Position numbers and translations under genes: made by a program. Positions 51,501 through 64,000 of a stretch of DNA of 64,000 nt are shown piece by piece. Below the pieces are notes generated by a model. It did not search any database. It worked only from the letters and a program-made list of their open reading frames with translations, and was not told where the DNA came from. Origin of the DNA: Bispira polyomma (lineage: Eukaryota); contig OZ287750.1 in NCBI GenBank assembly GCA_965649765.1, positions 52,514,001 through 52,578,000 of the forward strand, read 5' to 3'. Position 1 is the stretch's first letter. The number at the start of each line of letters is the position of its first letter.

Positions 51501-52934
51501 GCCTTTGACTCAATGCACAATGGCAGGTCTTGAGTAGAAACCCCTGGACTTTAATTTAAAATGCAGATTCTTTTCTTGTTTTGAAAATATCCTTAAGAAA
51601 CTAGTTTTTATTCAACATCAACATTTTGTTTTTCTTCTATTTCTGAGAGTTAATTAAATACATAGATGATAGTGAACTACTTATTCTTTGCGTGTGTACT
51701 CATAATCACTAGTACTCTTGACTTTGTTTTAATCCTACCAACAGCTGTATGAATTATTGGTGTAGGAGGTATTATACTGCATGCATATATGAAAAGCAAT
51801 GTTTCCTGCTTGAAATTTGCACTAATGTGTCGCAGAAGGACAAACAACAATAACACAGTATATAAACAATAACTGTAGTAATGCAACCACAAGTTCCACA
51901 ACAAATCGTTTTATCCAAAAACTATTATCACAATTGATATTGCTCTGTTATTTTGTCCCAATTATCTATTTCCAATTTTTTCTATTTCAATGTTACATAT
52001 GTCTACAATTACTACCTACATAATATAACCACATAATATACACTAAGTGTGCAGAGAAAAGTAAACATGTCTAACATTTAGGACAAAAATCGTTCATAAA
52101 TTAGACACACAAAACAGCCCTCAATGTTTTCACCTTATATAAAATTCTTTGATATTGAGATGCCTTCAAAGTGATGGAAAAATACAGGGAAAATTTGTAA
52201 TCAATAATGAAGCAGTATTGATGATGAAGATGCTGATTCTAATCATTCCATGCTTTACACCTGTTACAACAAAGACCTTGTTAAAACTGAACACATTAGC
52301 AGAATATGATTAAAAACTAAAGCTTAAAATAACAAACTTACTGCAGAAATACCATCCTGTTGTACAGAGAAAGGAAATTGTTTATCTGTGACAATAGCTT
52401 ACATTAGAAAAAACTGAAAGGATCTGTGAAACAAAAACAAAGTTTCTTTAAAATCAGTTTAATAAGTTTTAAATCATACAGATATTTTTTTCAATTTTAG
52501 GCCCTGAATGGTGCCTTGGCGCCCAAGTTGGTGGAGGTATGCAATTCACCATGCATACAGCCCCATACATTTCATTGGTCCCTGCTCTAGCCCTCCATGC
52601 TCCACAAAGGTTGGTCAAAATCAATTCAGCAAAAAATCCATGTTCCTTAGAAATAGTACAACAAATTAATCAGGCATGTATATGCCAAATATATTTAACA
52701 AAAAGTTCTAGTGATATAGCTCAGAGAAGATTATCACAGTCAAGGGCGGAACATCAAGGTCAAAAGTAAACATGTGACCCCAGCATCCTGGAACTTCTAC
52801 AAACATTGATAATACTATACATTTATTTTGATTCCCTATAAAAATCCAACTGTTGAAAAATGCCAGCTCCTGCAGGACGACATTGTAAACTCTAATCTAG
52901 TCCTGTTTAGGTGCTAATTCTTCCCTCCAGGAAA

Positions 52935-53120
52935 CTCAGAGCACAATAACGTGCCTACAACAGATGCAAGGCATCTCCTAAAGTGCAACAACCGAGTCAG
53001 TAAACCAATACAGAAGTCCAAAAATATAGCTAAGGTTTTGAGGAAAGATGTTGGGGTGTACAGGGAGGGAACTTGGTAGATCTTACAGGGAAAACTGTAG
53101 TCTAGACAGCTCCACACCTC
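52935..53120 (-). mobile_element. short L2-like LINE 3' end fragment
   Basis: Shares the aggcatctyctaaagyrcaac 3'-end motif with 20463-20483. Confidence 0.45.
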
Positions 53121-56100
53121 TCTTTGGCCTCAAACTAATGTCATAGGTCAAATATAAACAGTCCAGTAGATTCCTGACCCTGGTATGGAATACACTTACA
53201 AAACAATCAAAGGTCTTATAAAACCAAAGTACACATAAAACAACTCATACAAATTTACTAGGTCCTAATATATGTCCCCTAATATCCACCATTTTAATAC
53301 CATTCAGAGTAATATATTTTAAATATGACACCCTAAACTCAAGGTCAAACCTAAAATCTTAAACCCAAGGTCAAACCTAAAATATGACTAGTGTATTAGA
53401 TTTCCCTCACACTCATTGCCTATGCATTCACGATATATTCTAAATCTCTACACCCAATAGTTAATGATAATTAAATTTTATAAATCATAAATTCAAAACT
53501 TCAAAACTAAAAATCTTTAGAGTAATTTAATAAATTTATTATATATATATATACTACATGGTTTTTACTGGAAATATAACAAAAATTAAAAGCTTTTTTT
53601 ATTGATTAACAAAATGTTCAGATCCGGATGCCATGCATATATATTAATGTCATGCTTCCCAGGTATCTGTGAACAAATCAGTAACTCATTAGCACTTGCA
53701 GTACCTCAGAGAACAAAATGCATGTTCACATGTAACGTGTACCTACAACATGTACCTACAACAAAATGCGAGTTTGTCAGCTCATATAAAACTAATGAAC
53801 CAATTTCCATGCAAGTTAGTAGAAGGATGAAGCATAAGCCAGGGAGCACATTTTGGAATGGATCTAGACAAATAAGTATCTTTTAAAGAGTAGATACAGG
53901 AATTGGTTTTCCTGGTGAAAGTATGCACTCCACTGAGTGTCCTAGCTTAATATAAAGTTACACTTGTGAAGCATCTCCATCACATTGCTTTGTTACAAGT
54001 TTTATGTCAAGTTATATACATTACACAGAATATTGGTCTTTTTATCAATTAATATAGGTCCTGTAGTTTCTGGTAGTTAATATATATAACTTTGGGTACT
54101 CTAAAACTAATTAATTTATTCATCTTTAAATTTGATTGTATGTGACATTGTCTGCCTCTAGGGACGTACTCATGTAACTTATTTATTGTGCTTTAACTTC
54201 AATATGATCAGAATCATTTTCTTTTTCAATTTAGTATTTAATATGTATATTACACCATACTTGCACATACATAATTTTTTTCAAATTAAGAGATTTACAT
54301 AGATCTATGATAATATGTGAAATATTCAAGACATTATAATCTTTAAACTATTTATCATATCTGAATAAAAAGAAAACATTAAACCAATTCAAGCTTTAAA
54401 TACTATACACATATCTGTTAAATTATGTTTTAATTTTAAGCACAAGTTTAGGAAAAATACTGCCAAAACAGATTCTGACACATACATATAACTTTTTTAA
54501 AACACAGCACAAAGCCACATATTATGGAAATATATACTGAAAACAATTATCTTGTGTCTTCCCTTACAAGAATCAAAATTTTAGCACAGTACATTTTAAC
54601 CATATATGATACTAGAAAATTTAAATACATTACCTTAAGAGCAACAAGTATCTCCTTAAAAAGACTTTTGTAGAAAATTAGACGTTCAACTTAAATACCC
54701 ACAAAAGAATGTCAGACTTATAGAAAATACAACATCAACTTCAATATCTAACTTGTAGTGTTATCCAAATTTTAAAGTTATCCTTTTATGCACTGAATTG
54801 TTATGACCTTTTCTTATGCCTTACAAGCACAGAATGTCTGTGTTTTGTATAGCTAGATCACAAGTATATCATAGATCACAAGTATATCATGAAAGTTAGG
54901 AAACAGGATAGCAAGATCCACTGGTACATTAGTAATCAATTCCCTGATTGCTGTCTTTCATTAGCTCTTTCTGTACACACATATATTAAGATAAAGCTAT
55001 GTCAAGTGTCCTCTTAATCGTACTTGCCCAAAAACTGTCTCTTTCAGATAAGCCACCCACACAAATAATCAACTAAAGCCAACAAGCCTGACCACATAAA
55101 TGATAATTGACGACTATGTTGTAGATTCAAGATGTACATACTACATGTATATGCAATGTGTGTGTACGTACGCACCTACAGTCATGTATATAAAAGTATA
55201 TATATATATATATCTCACATAAACACCTACATTTATAAAGGCAGAGTATGTATGTAATTTTATACTTTTATGCACATATTGATTCTGTACTATTAGGGAT
55301 CAACAATCAGCCTTCAATACAATTCATCTCCCCTCTCTGACAAATGATAGAAATGAAAAACAATGCTACTTTTGTTGTTGTTATAATGGGAGTGATATTA
55401 TCATCACCAGGACTATAATAACCTGCATTCTGCACCCAGGGAATGAGAAAAAGCCAATTTGCTGAAATGAGCCACTTGTGCTCTTCATCTATGCCATCGC
55501 TGTCATTTATGAGGCTGACACTCACAAGTGATATTTAGTGCTTTAAGTCAGGCAAGATTTGGACAGGTTATTGTCTCTCGTAGTCAGAATAGTTCACCAT
55601 AGCTGTAGTGTATCTTATACTAAGTACACTAACATATTATACGCCAAAAAAATTACAGGCAAGATTTAGACCAATTATATTGTCTCTTTCAGTACATCTA
55701 TAGCTTTATAATAATGAACAGATTATACATGTACATCAATTTTCATTTTTCTTCTCTCCAAAATTTCTTTTGTAAATTTATTAATAACTGTTAATCAACA
55801 CAGTAGTACCCATTTTATTCGAACTTATATATTATCTGATTTATTCAAATAAATGAAATCATTTCCATTCTCCTAAATATATTTCTATTTTATTAATCTT
55901 TTATTATCTAAACAAACTTTTGCTTCCCCACAAGATGTTCAGATAAAAGAGCTCCCATTGTAAAATTTAATAAACCCATTTTTTGCAGCTTACTTTACTC
56001 CAAAACATATTCCTCTTGGGGATGACAAAAGCCTCCTCTTGATAAAAATAGATCTTGCTTACTTTATTTATGATTAAATCTTTCTTTATTAAACAGCTTT

Positions 56101-56958
56101 CGCATTTTGATTAATTTTTGTGTTATGGCAGCTAGCTATCTGTGTGGTCTGGTATCAAATTATTTAGATGGATCATATTCCCTCGTTTTTTATACTAATG
56201 CTGACTTTAAATAATACCATAATATGTTTGTAACAAGTGTTGAAATGAAACATCTATATTTAATTAGGGCTGGAACAAGTATTTGAGTACTCTTTCACCA
56301 TGATTACTCTTAACTCTTAAACGAATATTCCCTTCAGTGTGAAAAACACCAAAGACGTGAAGTTAGTCTTCATACATAATGTTATAAATAATTTATCCAA
56401 TGCCTTTATTATGGTAACAATAGAAGGTATGGGCCAGAAAAGTAGTACTCGTTTTCTAATTTTGTACTCTGAATAAGTCATTACTTCATTCTTTTATGAG
56501 TACCCTAGTACTGTTTGAGGGCTCCAATTTTAAAAAGATGTTTACATGCTAAGTACAGTATTTACTTAAAACCTATAATATGTGAACTTCTGTTGCTTTA
56601 ATACAATAATTTCTCTCCCCCTTTGAGTGTTAGAATACACAGTACCAACATCACTTCTCTGAAATTCATAACACACTCTGCTCTTTCATGGTCACTGTGA
56701 AAATGAAATAATGTGAGGGTGTTATTTTGGATATTAAAACAGCTTTTAAATTACATCAAATGAAATGAGTTTGAAATGCGTTTGAAACACTGTATTTAGA
56801 AGTGGATATATATACATCTAGACTCAAATTTTAAGGCACAGATTAACCTGAATGTGTGGAGTGTGTGGATTATCATTGTTTACTTTTTTATATTGCTTTA
56901 TTATTCAATTTGAACAAAATACACCAAGCAGAATCAAAGTTCTAAAAGCAGTATCTTA

Positions 56959-57406
56959 GCCTACGCTTCCTATCAACCGATTCTGACCAATTTATTAACA
57001 TCCCAGCCGATCCGACTTCAGCTGATGTAGCGCTTTCTTTCATCCGATATCTACTCAATATTCATTGGTTGTTAACATTGAAAATGGCGGGAGAAAACCT
57101 ATTTTATTGCGAGTACTGTGCTTTTTGTTCCACCAAAATCTGATGAGAAATGGCTGATAATATTTACAGTTAAATAAGGGTACTAATAAGTTTATTTCTA
57201 CATTATTGTTGAAAAATTGGGCCAAGCTCCTGATTTTTTCACTCCCTGACCGATAGATTCTGATGGTGTAACAGATGTCTCCCAAAATCTGATCGAATCT
57301 GATGCAAATTTGTGAAAAGGAAGCAGTTCCTGATATTTACAGTAACCGAAATATTGGATGCTGGCTGACGTCAGCCGAGAAATATTGGCTGAAAGTAAGC
57401 GTAGGA
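56959..57406. mobile_element. PIF/Harbinger MITE (GCCTACGCTTCC family)
   Basis: TIR gcctacgctt / aagcgtagga, TTA TSD. Confidence 0.75.
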
Positions 57407-58534
57407 TTAGTGAAACAAAATACAGCAAAACCTCTATTATATCTAAACTTCTTTCATCCGAATATTTCTATTTTTGGACTCGACTTTATAGTAATGGTCA
57501 AGTACTGGAGCCTGCCTATGTTGGGATCTGATCACTGGTTCGAATAATGGAGCTTCTACGGAACATTTGTTGTACGTGATAAAATAAGCAACTTTTAATA
57601 TTAACTTATGCAATCATTCTTTACGCAATACAATGATTATTGCAAAAAAAAACACCTCACAACTTAAAAGACACAACCAGCAAGTTGACCAAGTAAAGGC
57701 TGTATGTATATTAAATGATTGCGTCATTCTGTATTCTAAGCACAGCACACTGCCATTATTATTAGTTCAGCAGTCATTTGCTGACAAATGAAAACTCATT
57801 TAGAAAGATGGGAAGTCATTGTGCTTTCTACCTTAGTTACATGGGCAGAATATAAATATCCCAGTGTAATTAGTCTTCACTGAACATCCTCATTTTGGTT
57901 TGCTGTTTCTCTTCCTTAGTATACTGCCAACTGGGAAGTTTATTACATATTTTAAACTTTTGTTTTTACTTTTTGTATGTGACCATAGTTGTAAATGCTC
58001 TTACTAATAAATAATTACTGCTTTTGCTGATTCTAAATTTATTTCTAGTCCTAACCAAACAAAAATAAACTTCTTAAATCTGTGTTTTAAAATAGATTGC
58101 ATAAGCTTAAGTCTGCAGCACATAACATACCCACTGAGAACTATTACTCAAAAAATGTGAATCCTTTCCTCAAAAAAACCCATAATGAATTTTAAGTTCC
58201 TATGACAACAACTATGTACTTACTATTAGGTGTTCTTTCCTCACCAAAGGTCCCAAATACATGTAACATAATTTGGATATTATTCTAATTTAGTGTATTT
58301 AATCAATGGATATATTAATGTAACATCAAAGTCAACCTGTTTATTAGGTTCTTTCTTCACAGATTATCGCCTATGAGATAGTATATTTTATTTTCTGTAT
58401 ACCAAATATCACTACCTTTAAAGAGAAAACTTACATACTTTTTAAAGCTGATCATCTGTTCATTTTAGTAAAAACTACTCCTTTAATCTGAATAGTAAAC
58501 TCTCCCAAATTTATATTTTCTGTTATTTGATATA

Positions 58535-58709
58535 CAGTCAAACCCCTTCAAGTAGAACTCTGTTGAGTAATTTTCTCTTTTATATAGAGAATACCTGTTG
58601 TCCCACAAAGTCCTCTACTGTTTAAAAATTAAAATCTACCTTAGTTACATTGAAATCCTGCTTGAGTAGAGCTATTTCTCTTGAGTTTCTACTTAAAGGG
58701 GTTCATCTG
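58535..58709. mobile_element. second CAGT-type MITE family (cagtcaaaccccttcaagt)
   Basis: TA-flanked TIR. Further degenerate copies near 14730, 24820, 35465 and 50760. Confidence 0.65.
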
Positions 58710-60435
58710 TACATGTAATTATATTGAACTATGCCTATGATTTTCTTTATATTCTACTACCAAAACAAAACCTTGTTCTTCCAACTTGTTCAGATAATTT
58801 TGAGGTAAACTTTTTTTCAGTAAACAATCAATGTTTTTGTGGGGATAAATTTAATATTATACTGTGTCAATCACAAGATCTTCTTCAAAATGAAAGATCG
58901 GTATCCTCAGACTAAGTGGGGCACACCAAGATTTTAGTCCAGTGACGCTTCCAAGCCAATATTTGACCTTGGACCCACATATAATGGTACACAGTAAAGG
59001 TTATTTTAACTTAAATGGGGATGTACTTAAAGGTCTTTATGACTGTGGATTGAGGTTTAGAATGGGAAAACAAGTTATAACAAATTTTTACCTGGAAACA
59101 TTTGAAGGAGTTGCATTCATTTTGACCTTCTAGCTGAGGAGAGTCTATACTGTAATATGCTATCTTCTGTCAATAAACAATTAGTTAATCCTGTTACAAA
59201 GACAACTGCTTATGGTGGTTATTTAACCGATTCCTCTTTAGTATTAAAAGTGGCTGTATTTTTTGACAGCCGTATCTATAGTAAATGTTGTTTGTTCAGG
59301 AAAACTAAATGGCTCTAACTATGATAAAATGTTAGTTTTATAATGTACACAGGTAGAAAATTTTTTTCAGTGGAAGATGTTTTTTAACAACCTGAACATT
59401 TACCTGGATCAGTGATCCCACTATGCTATTACGGTAGTGAGGACAGCCAGTTTACAATTGTAAACAGGTCAATACATAAGAACTTCCCTTTTCTTTTTGC
59501 CTTCTCAACATCTAGAACATTTAACAAGTAAACTAAATTGATCAGTTCAAATAATAGGGAGTCAAAATAACTGCCTAAAACAGCCAATATTTATAATCTG
59601 TAACCCCGATTTACAGCAGTGTAATTGTATGTGCACATGTTGTTACTTACAAGTAGTACATTCAGAAAAACATATTTAAGTAATAAAAGTGGTGTTTAAT
59701 CTGTTTTATTCTTTATGTTCAGAGACTTTCATACATGTATGTACAGATACACCTATTTTTTCCAAATATTACTCATCACCTTAGCTTTATTATCTCAACA
59801 TGTTGACTGTGACTGTGTGAGAACCTTTATAAAATACGTCATTTAAATATAATAGATCAGGAAAACATAAATTTGTGCAATTGTAATTCAGTAGTCTTCA
59901 CAAAATTGTTTTACTGCAATTGCTATATAATATAGATCAATGAAAGACATATATACTATAATGATTCTACAAACTCAATCAGATACATATATGATTAGTA
60001 GATACGGATGGACTTAGAGTGGTCTCTGTTTAAGGTTAATTTTAATTAAAAAAATCAAAAAAATCCTGTAGACTGATGAAGAGGAGCCATTTTTGGTCTA
60101 TATGGTGAGCCTTTAATGGTGTATATAATGCTTAAAATTTAAAATCAAATTTTTGTTACTGGGTTTGCTTCATTTGTAACTAATATATATTCTCAATGAC
60201 TTATAAGGCAGCCATTAACTGGTCCTGGGCGTGAACTGATAGGGTATCACTAGAACTGTACTGTAGATCGAGTTATTAGCTGTATCTACAATTAGCATCT
60301 ATGAAAATGGAAGCATGAATTGCAATTGTTTTGAAAAGTAACTTTGATTGATTACGAGTAGCATGGTTTTCGAAATTGCTAATACAGTACTGTTGTAACA
60401 GCACAGTACTGAGTACACATGTACTGTACCACTAC

Positions 60436-60766
60436 ACAGCTGTTGTATGAAATGCAACTAAAACGTTGATATATTTGTGTGTAACATCGTAAAATTACAT
60501 TGCTTGAATGTTGTTCTGTATCACGAAATACATCAGCCATATGTTGCTGGAAATATGTTTCCCCCGTTTAAAAAGCCACACCTTTTGTAGATGCGTATAT
60601 ATAGTGTACATCTACAAAAGGTGTGGGTTTTTAAACTGGGGAAACATATTTCCAGCAACATATGGCTGATGTATTTCGTGATACAGAACAACATTCAAGC
60701 AATGTAATTTTACGATATTACACACAAATATATCAACGTATTAGTTGCATTTCATACAACAGCTGT
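60436..60766. repeat. 331-bp near-perfect palindrome
   Basis: ~158-bp arms (60436-60593 / 60609-60766), 4 mismatches counted by eye, 15-nt spacer. Confidence 0.95.
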
Positions 60767-61555
60767 CAATGTATTGAACCCATGTAAAACTTGTGTTAAT
60801 CAATAAAATGTACTCTTACTCAAAATCTGTGGGAAGTTCAGATACCTGTTGAATATGAACGGTTACTTGTTGATATAACACCGACCAAAATTAAGGTCGT
60901 GAAATATATTTTTTCTCTGTAGCTCTATGTATTCTAAGACACAAAATGATGTTTTACTTATTGAAATTAAAGATATTTGTAAAAATCCACATGAAAATCG
61001 TTTAAGAGCGAAAACACTTTGTTAAAAACACTGCTGTGATTTATATAACGTACAAGTTTCAACCCCGAGTATTTAACGGCACACTTCGTTTAGCGAATAT
61101 TTGCAGTTTTACGGTATCAATCGGAACGGTAAATCCAAAGGAATCCAAATCTATGGACGACTTGGCGTTTTGGATGTCAACTGATGGAAACAACCAAACA
61201 GTTTATAAAATGTTTGAGTGCTATTGAAGCAAAATAAACGGCTATATTTGGATAACTTAGACAATATAAAGTATTTTTGTTAATTATTTTAGTGGGCTAG
61301 TTAAATGTTCAGCAGATAAAGGTACACTGAAGATGTGATGTTTTATCTCTAATTATCGCTCACAAACAACCAAAGAAGTATATACAGACAGTACCTGGAC
61401 AGTGTAGCAAAATAACAAAACTGAATCATCAAATCTTTATTTCATTAAGGCACTGTCCATCAATTAGTGCAACTAAATTTCGAAAATACCAACACTTCAC
61501 AAAGATTAATTTTAAAGCAAGCTAGTTTGACGTTGGTTTTGTAGTTGTTGAGAAA

Positions 61556-61683
61556 GGATTATATGGGTGGCGCTGGCTTCGGCTTGGCCTCAGTTATCTC
61601 GAAATTTACATTGACTTTGTACTGATTTTACTGCGTGCCTAAGACCAAGGGTAGGCCGAAGCCAGTGCTACAAGTGTACCTTC
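61556..61683. mobile_element. short MITE of the same family as 7152
   Basis: Inverted termini ggcgctggcttcggc / gccgaagccagtgc and shared tttacattgacttt. Confidence 0.55.
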
Positions 61684-64000
61684 TTGAACAGCCAACTTTT
61701 GCTGAGGTTGACTTAATTAGACCTAAGATAGGAGGTACATAGCATAGCCCTAAAATAGAATGTTATGTATGGTTGTCCTATGTTATTTCGTCGTATTAAA
61801 CTAATTCATGGCAGATCACATTTCCACTCAGTAATAAACAATAACATCGTCATTAAAGCCATTATAATTAAATATAATATTTTTCATTGAAAGTCTGTTT
61901 GCATATTAACATAATAAATTTAAAATGTTAAAAGCTTTATGGTACTCACATTGATTTGCGGCAAATCTTAAATATTCCAACTTTTATATCCACCATTTTT
62001 TTTATTAGTACTGACACTTTATTAATTCGACGTACTGCAGAAAACCTATAATGTATGAAGTCAAAGTATTATATTACACATATTTTTTCTAATAAATATC
62101 TTACATGTACGCATATATACTCGTCTATAAATTTCAATGATGAAATGCTGCCTTATATGAGCACATGTTCTCTAGTTTCAAAAGCACTCGCTAGATGGCG
62201 GCAAATACGAAAACGAGTAAGTCAATAAACAAATATAAAAATGGCTACCTGTATTTAAACTTAAATATCTCAGTCATTTCTGAACGGATTTTGATGCAAC
62301 AAAAAGCACATTAATCGCAATAAAATGAGCTTTCCAACCATAATTTTTACATAATTTTAGGTTTCGTAATTTCTGAGTTATAAATAGATTTTCGGCAATT
62401 TAGTGTTATACGTCGAAGTTATATATGCGTCGAAATAACATCACAAAACCATACTTACAGCAGATATGCAATTTTCACTAACATCCCATTTTAGGGCTAA
62501 GAAGTACATAACATCCTATCTTAGGGCTAATGTTGACTATGTCCAACTATGGCATTTCAAAAATATATTTATTAGTAACTAGTGTTACTCCTTTTGTGCT
62601 GATGGATACTATTTGTCACATAAAACAAAATAAATGGCCCTGTGTTATTCTTAAGTTTATTGTTAAATAAACTATTATTTATAGTGGTTTTCTTTTTTTC
62701 CTATCTTTTTTGTCCATTACAGGAACTTTTATCTCAATATTTTTCCATTGCAAGAACTATATATGTCAATGTCATCAAAAATTTTAATTTCTGATAATTG
62801 GTAAATGTGTAGCGTACCAAGAGTATAATGGATAAACCTGTAGGGAAGCCAGGACTTATAAACTACAAGTTAAACAACAAACATTTATTTACAAATTATA
62901 CTAATTTTACCAGTAAGGCTGGGGCTGAATTGGTATACAGACATAATATTGTAAAAAGTCAAAACATTACAAATAAATAAATACCAGTGACATTAAAATA
63001 CTTAGTTACAAGATTACCTAGCTGAAAGTAAAAAACTACAAGTATCACATGTAGGAAACCTACTGTCTGTTTTGCCTCTTAGCCTCTAAGACCTATATAA
63101 ATGTAAAACATTGGTGTCATCTTCTGCTAAGAACAGGTTCAGTACCTCATGCAACATAGACAGGTTTTACCCCATCAAATAACCATATTGTTAACACCTA
63201 CAGAAAAATAATATGAAATGATTGAAATAGTAAATGAGTTAGACTAAGTATAGCCAGAAAACATAAAGGACTGCATAGGTTTCACCCTTGCAGCACATCA
63301 CCTCAGTTTAAATCTTCTCTCAGTCTAGTTCCTACATAAAAGAAATACCAACAAGAAACTGTATACAACTATAAGGTTTTACCCTTACTGCAAAGAATAT
63401 CTATGACAAAGCTGTATTATCAACTATAAATATTACAACATCACATTAGTATATCTAACGCATAATTCCCCCAGGTGGCAAACAATTCCTAGAATAGAAA
63501 ATCACATTATCACTGTTGTTTTAAAGTCCCTGAAACTGAAAATAAATAGTTACCCAGTCATTTTAATCTCTACAGGTTTACCCTGAAAATATAAAGTATA
63601 AACATTTTAATAAATCTGTAGGTTTTACCCTGGTAGTGAAAAATAAAAACAAGTCAGGTCTTACCCTGCCATTCTTGTGTCCCTATTACCAATTCAGCCC
63701 AGAATGAAGGTTTCTACCCCCTTTATACAGGTAAACACCAGACACATCAGAACAACTCAAACCCTGTACCTGTAAACTTGGAACAAGGCTCCCTATTGGT
63801 TTAACTTTAGTTGTGTCCCAAATCTTGACCAAGTAAATTCCTTTACTTGGCATCAAATATACAAAGCATGGTGAATCAAAAACCTTTACATACCGGCTAT
63901 GTACATAGAATATAACTTTCTAAAGGTATGTAACCACCATTAATGACAGTTTTACAACAATATAAAGCCCTTACGAAATCAAATTAACACATTAACAAAT

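Overview
AT-rich eukaryotic genomic DNA with spliced genes and dense non-autonomous transposons. The repeat landscape suggests a marine invertebrate, probably a mollusc (inference only). Two convergently transcribed membrane-trafficking genes can be reconstructed exon by exon. One is the AP-3 adaptor sigma subunit (AP3S1/2 co-ortholog, + strand, CDS 4624-18785). The other is Rab27 (- strand, CDS 44302-28599, ending in a CxC prenylation motif). Both genes carry a tandemly duplicated, same-length, same-phase exon pair that looks mutually exclusive. In Rab27 these are two 107-nt versions of the P-loop/switch-I exon; in AP3S two 108-nt versions of exon 5 separated by only 67 nt. AP3S intron 5 also holds candidate microexons (39, 12 and 17 nt) and a cluster of TGCATG motifs. 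The last Rab27 intron has tandemly multiplied donor and acceptor sites. The rest is L2-like LINE fragments, SINEs, Helentron/HINE-like elements with ~142-bp internal arrays, hAT, PIF/Harbinger, Tc1/pogo and MULE-like MITEs, and two near-perfect palindromes. Most short ORFs in the supplied track are spurious.
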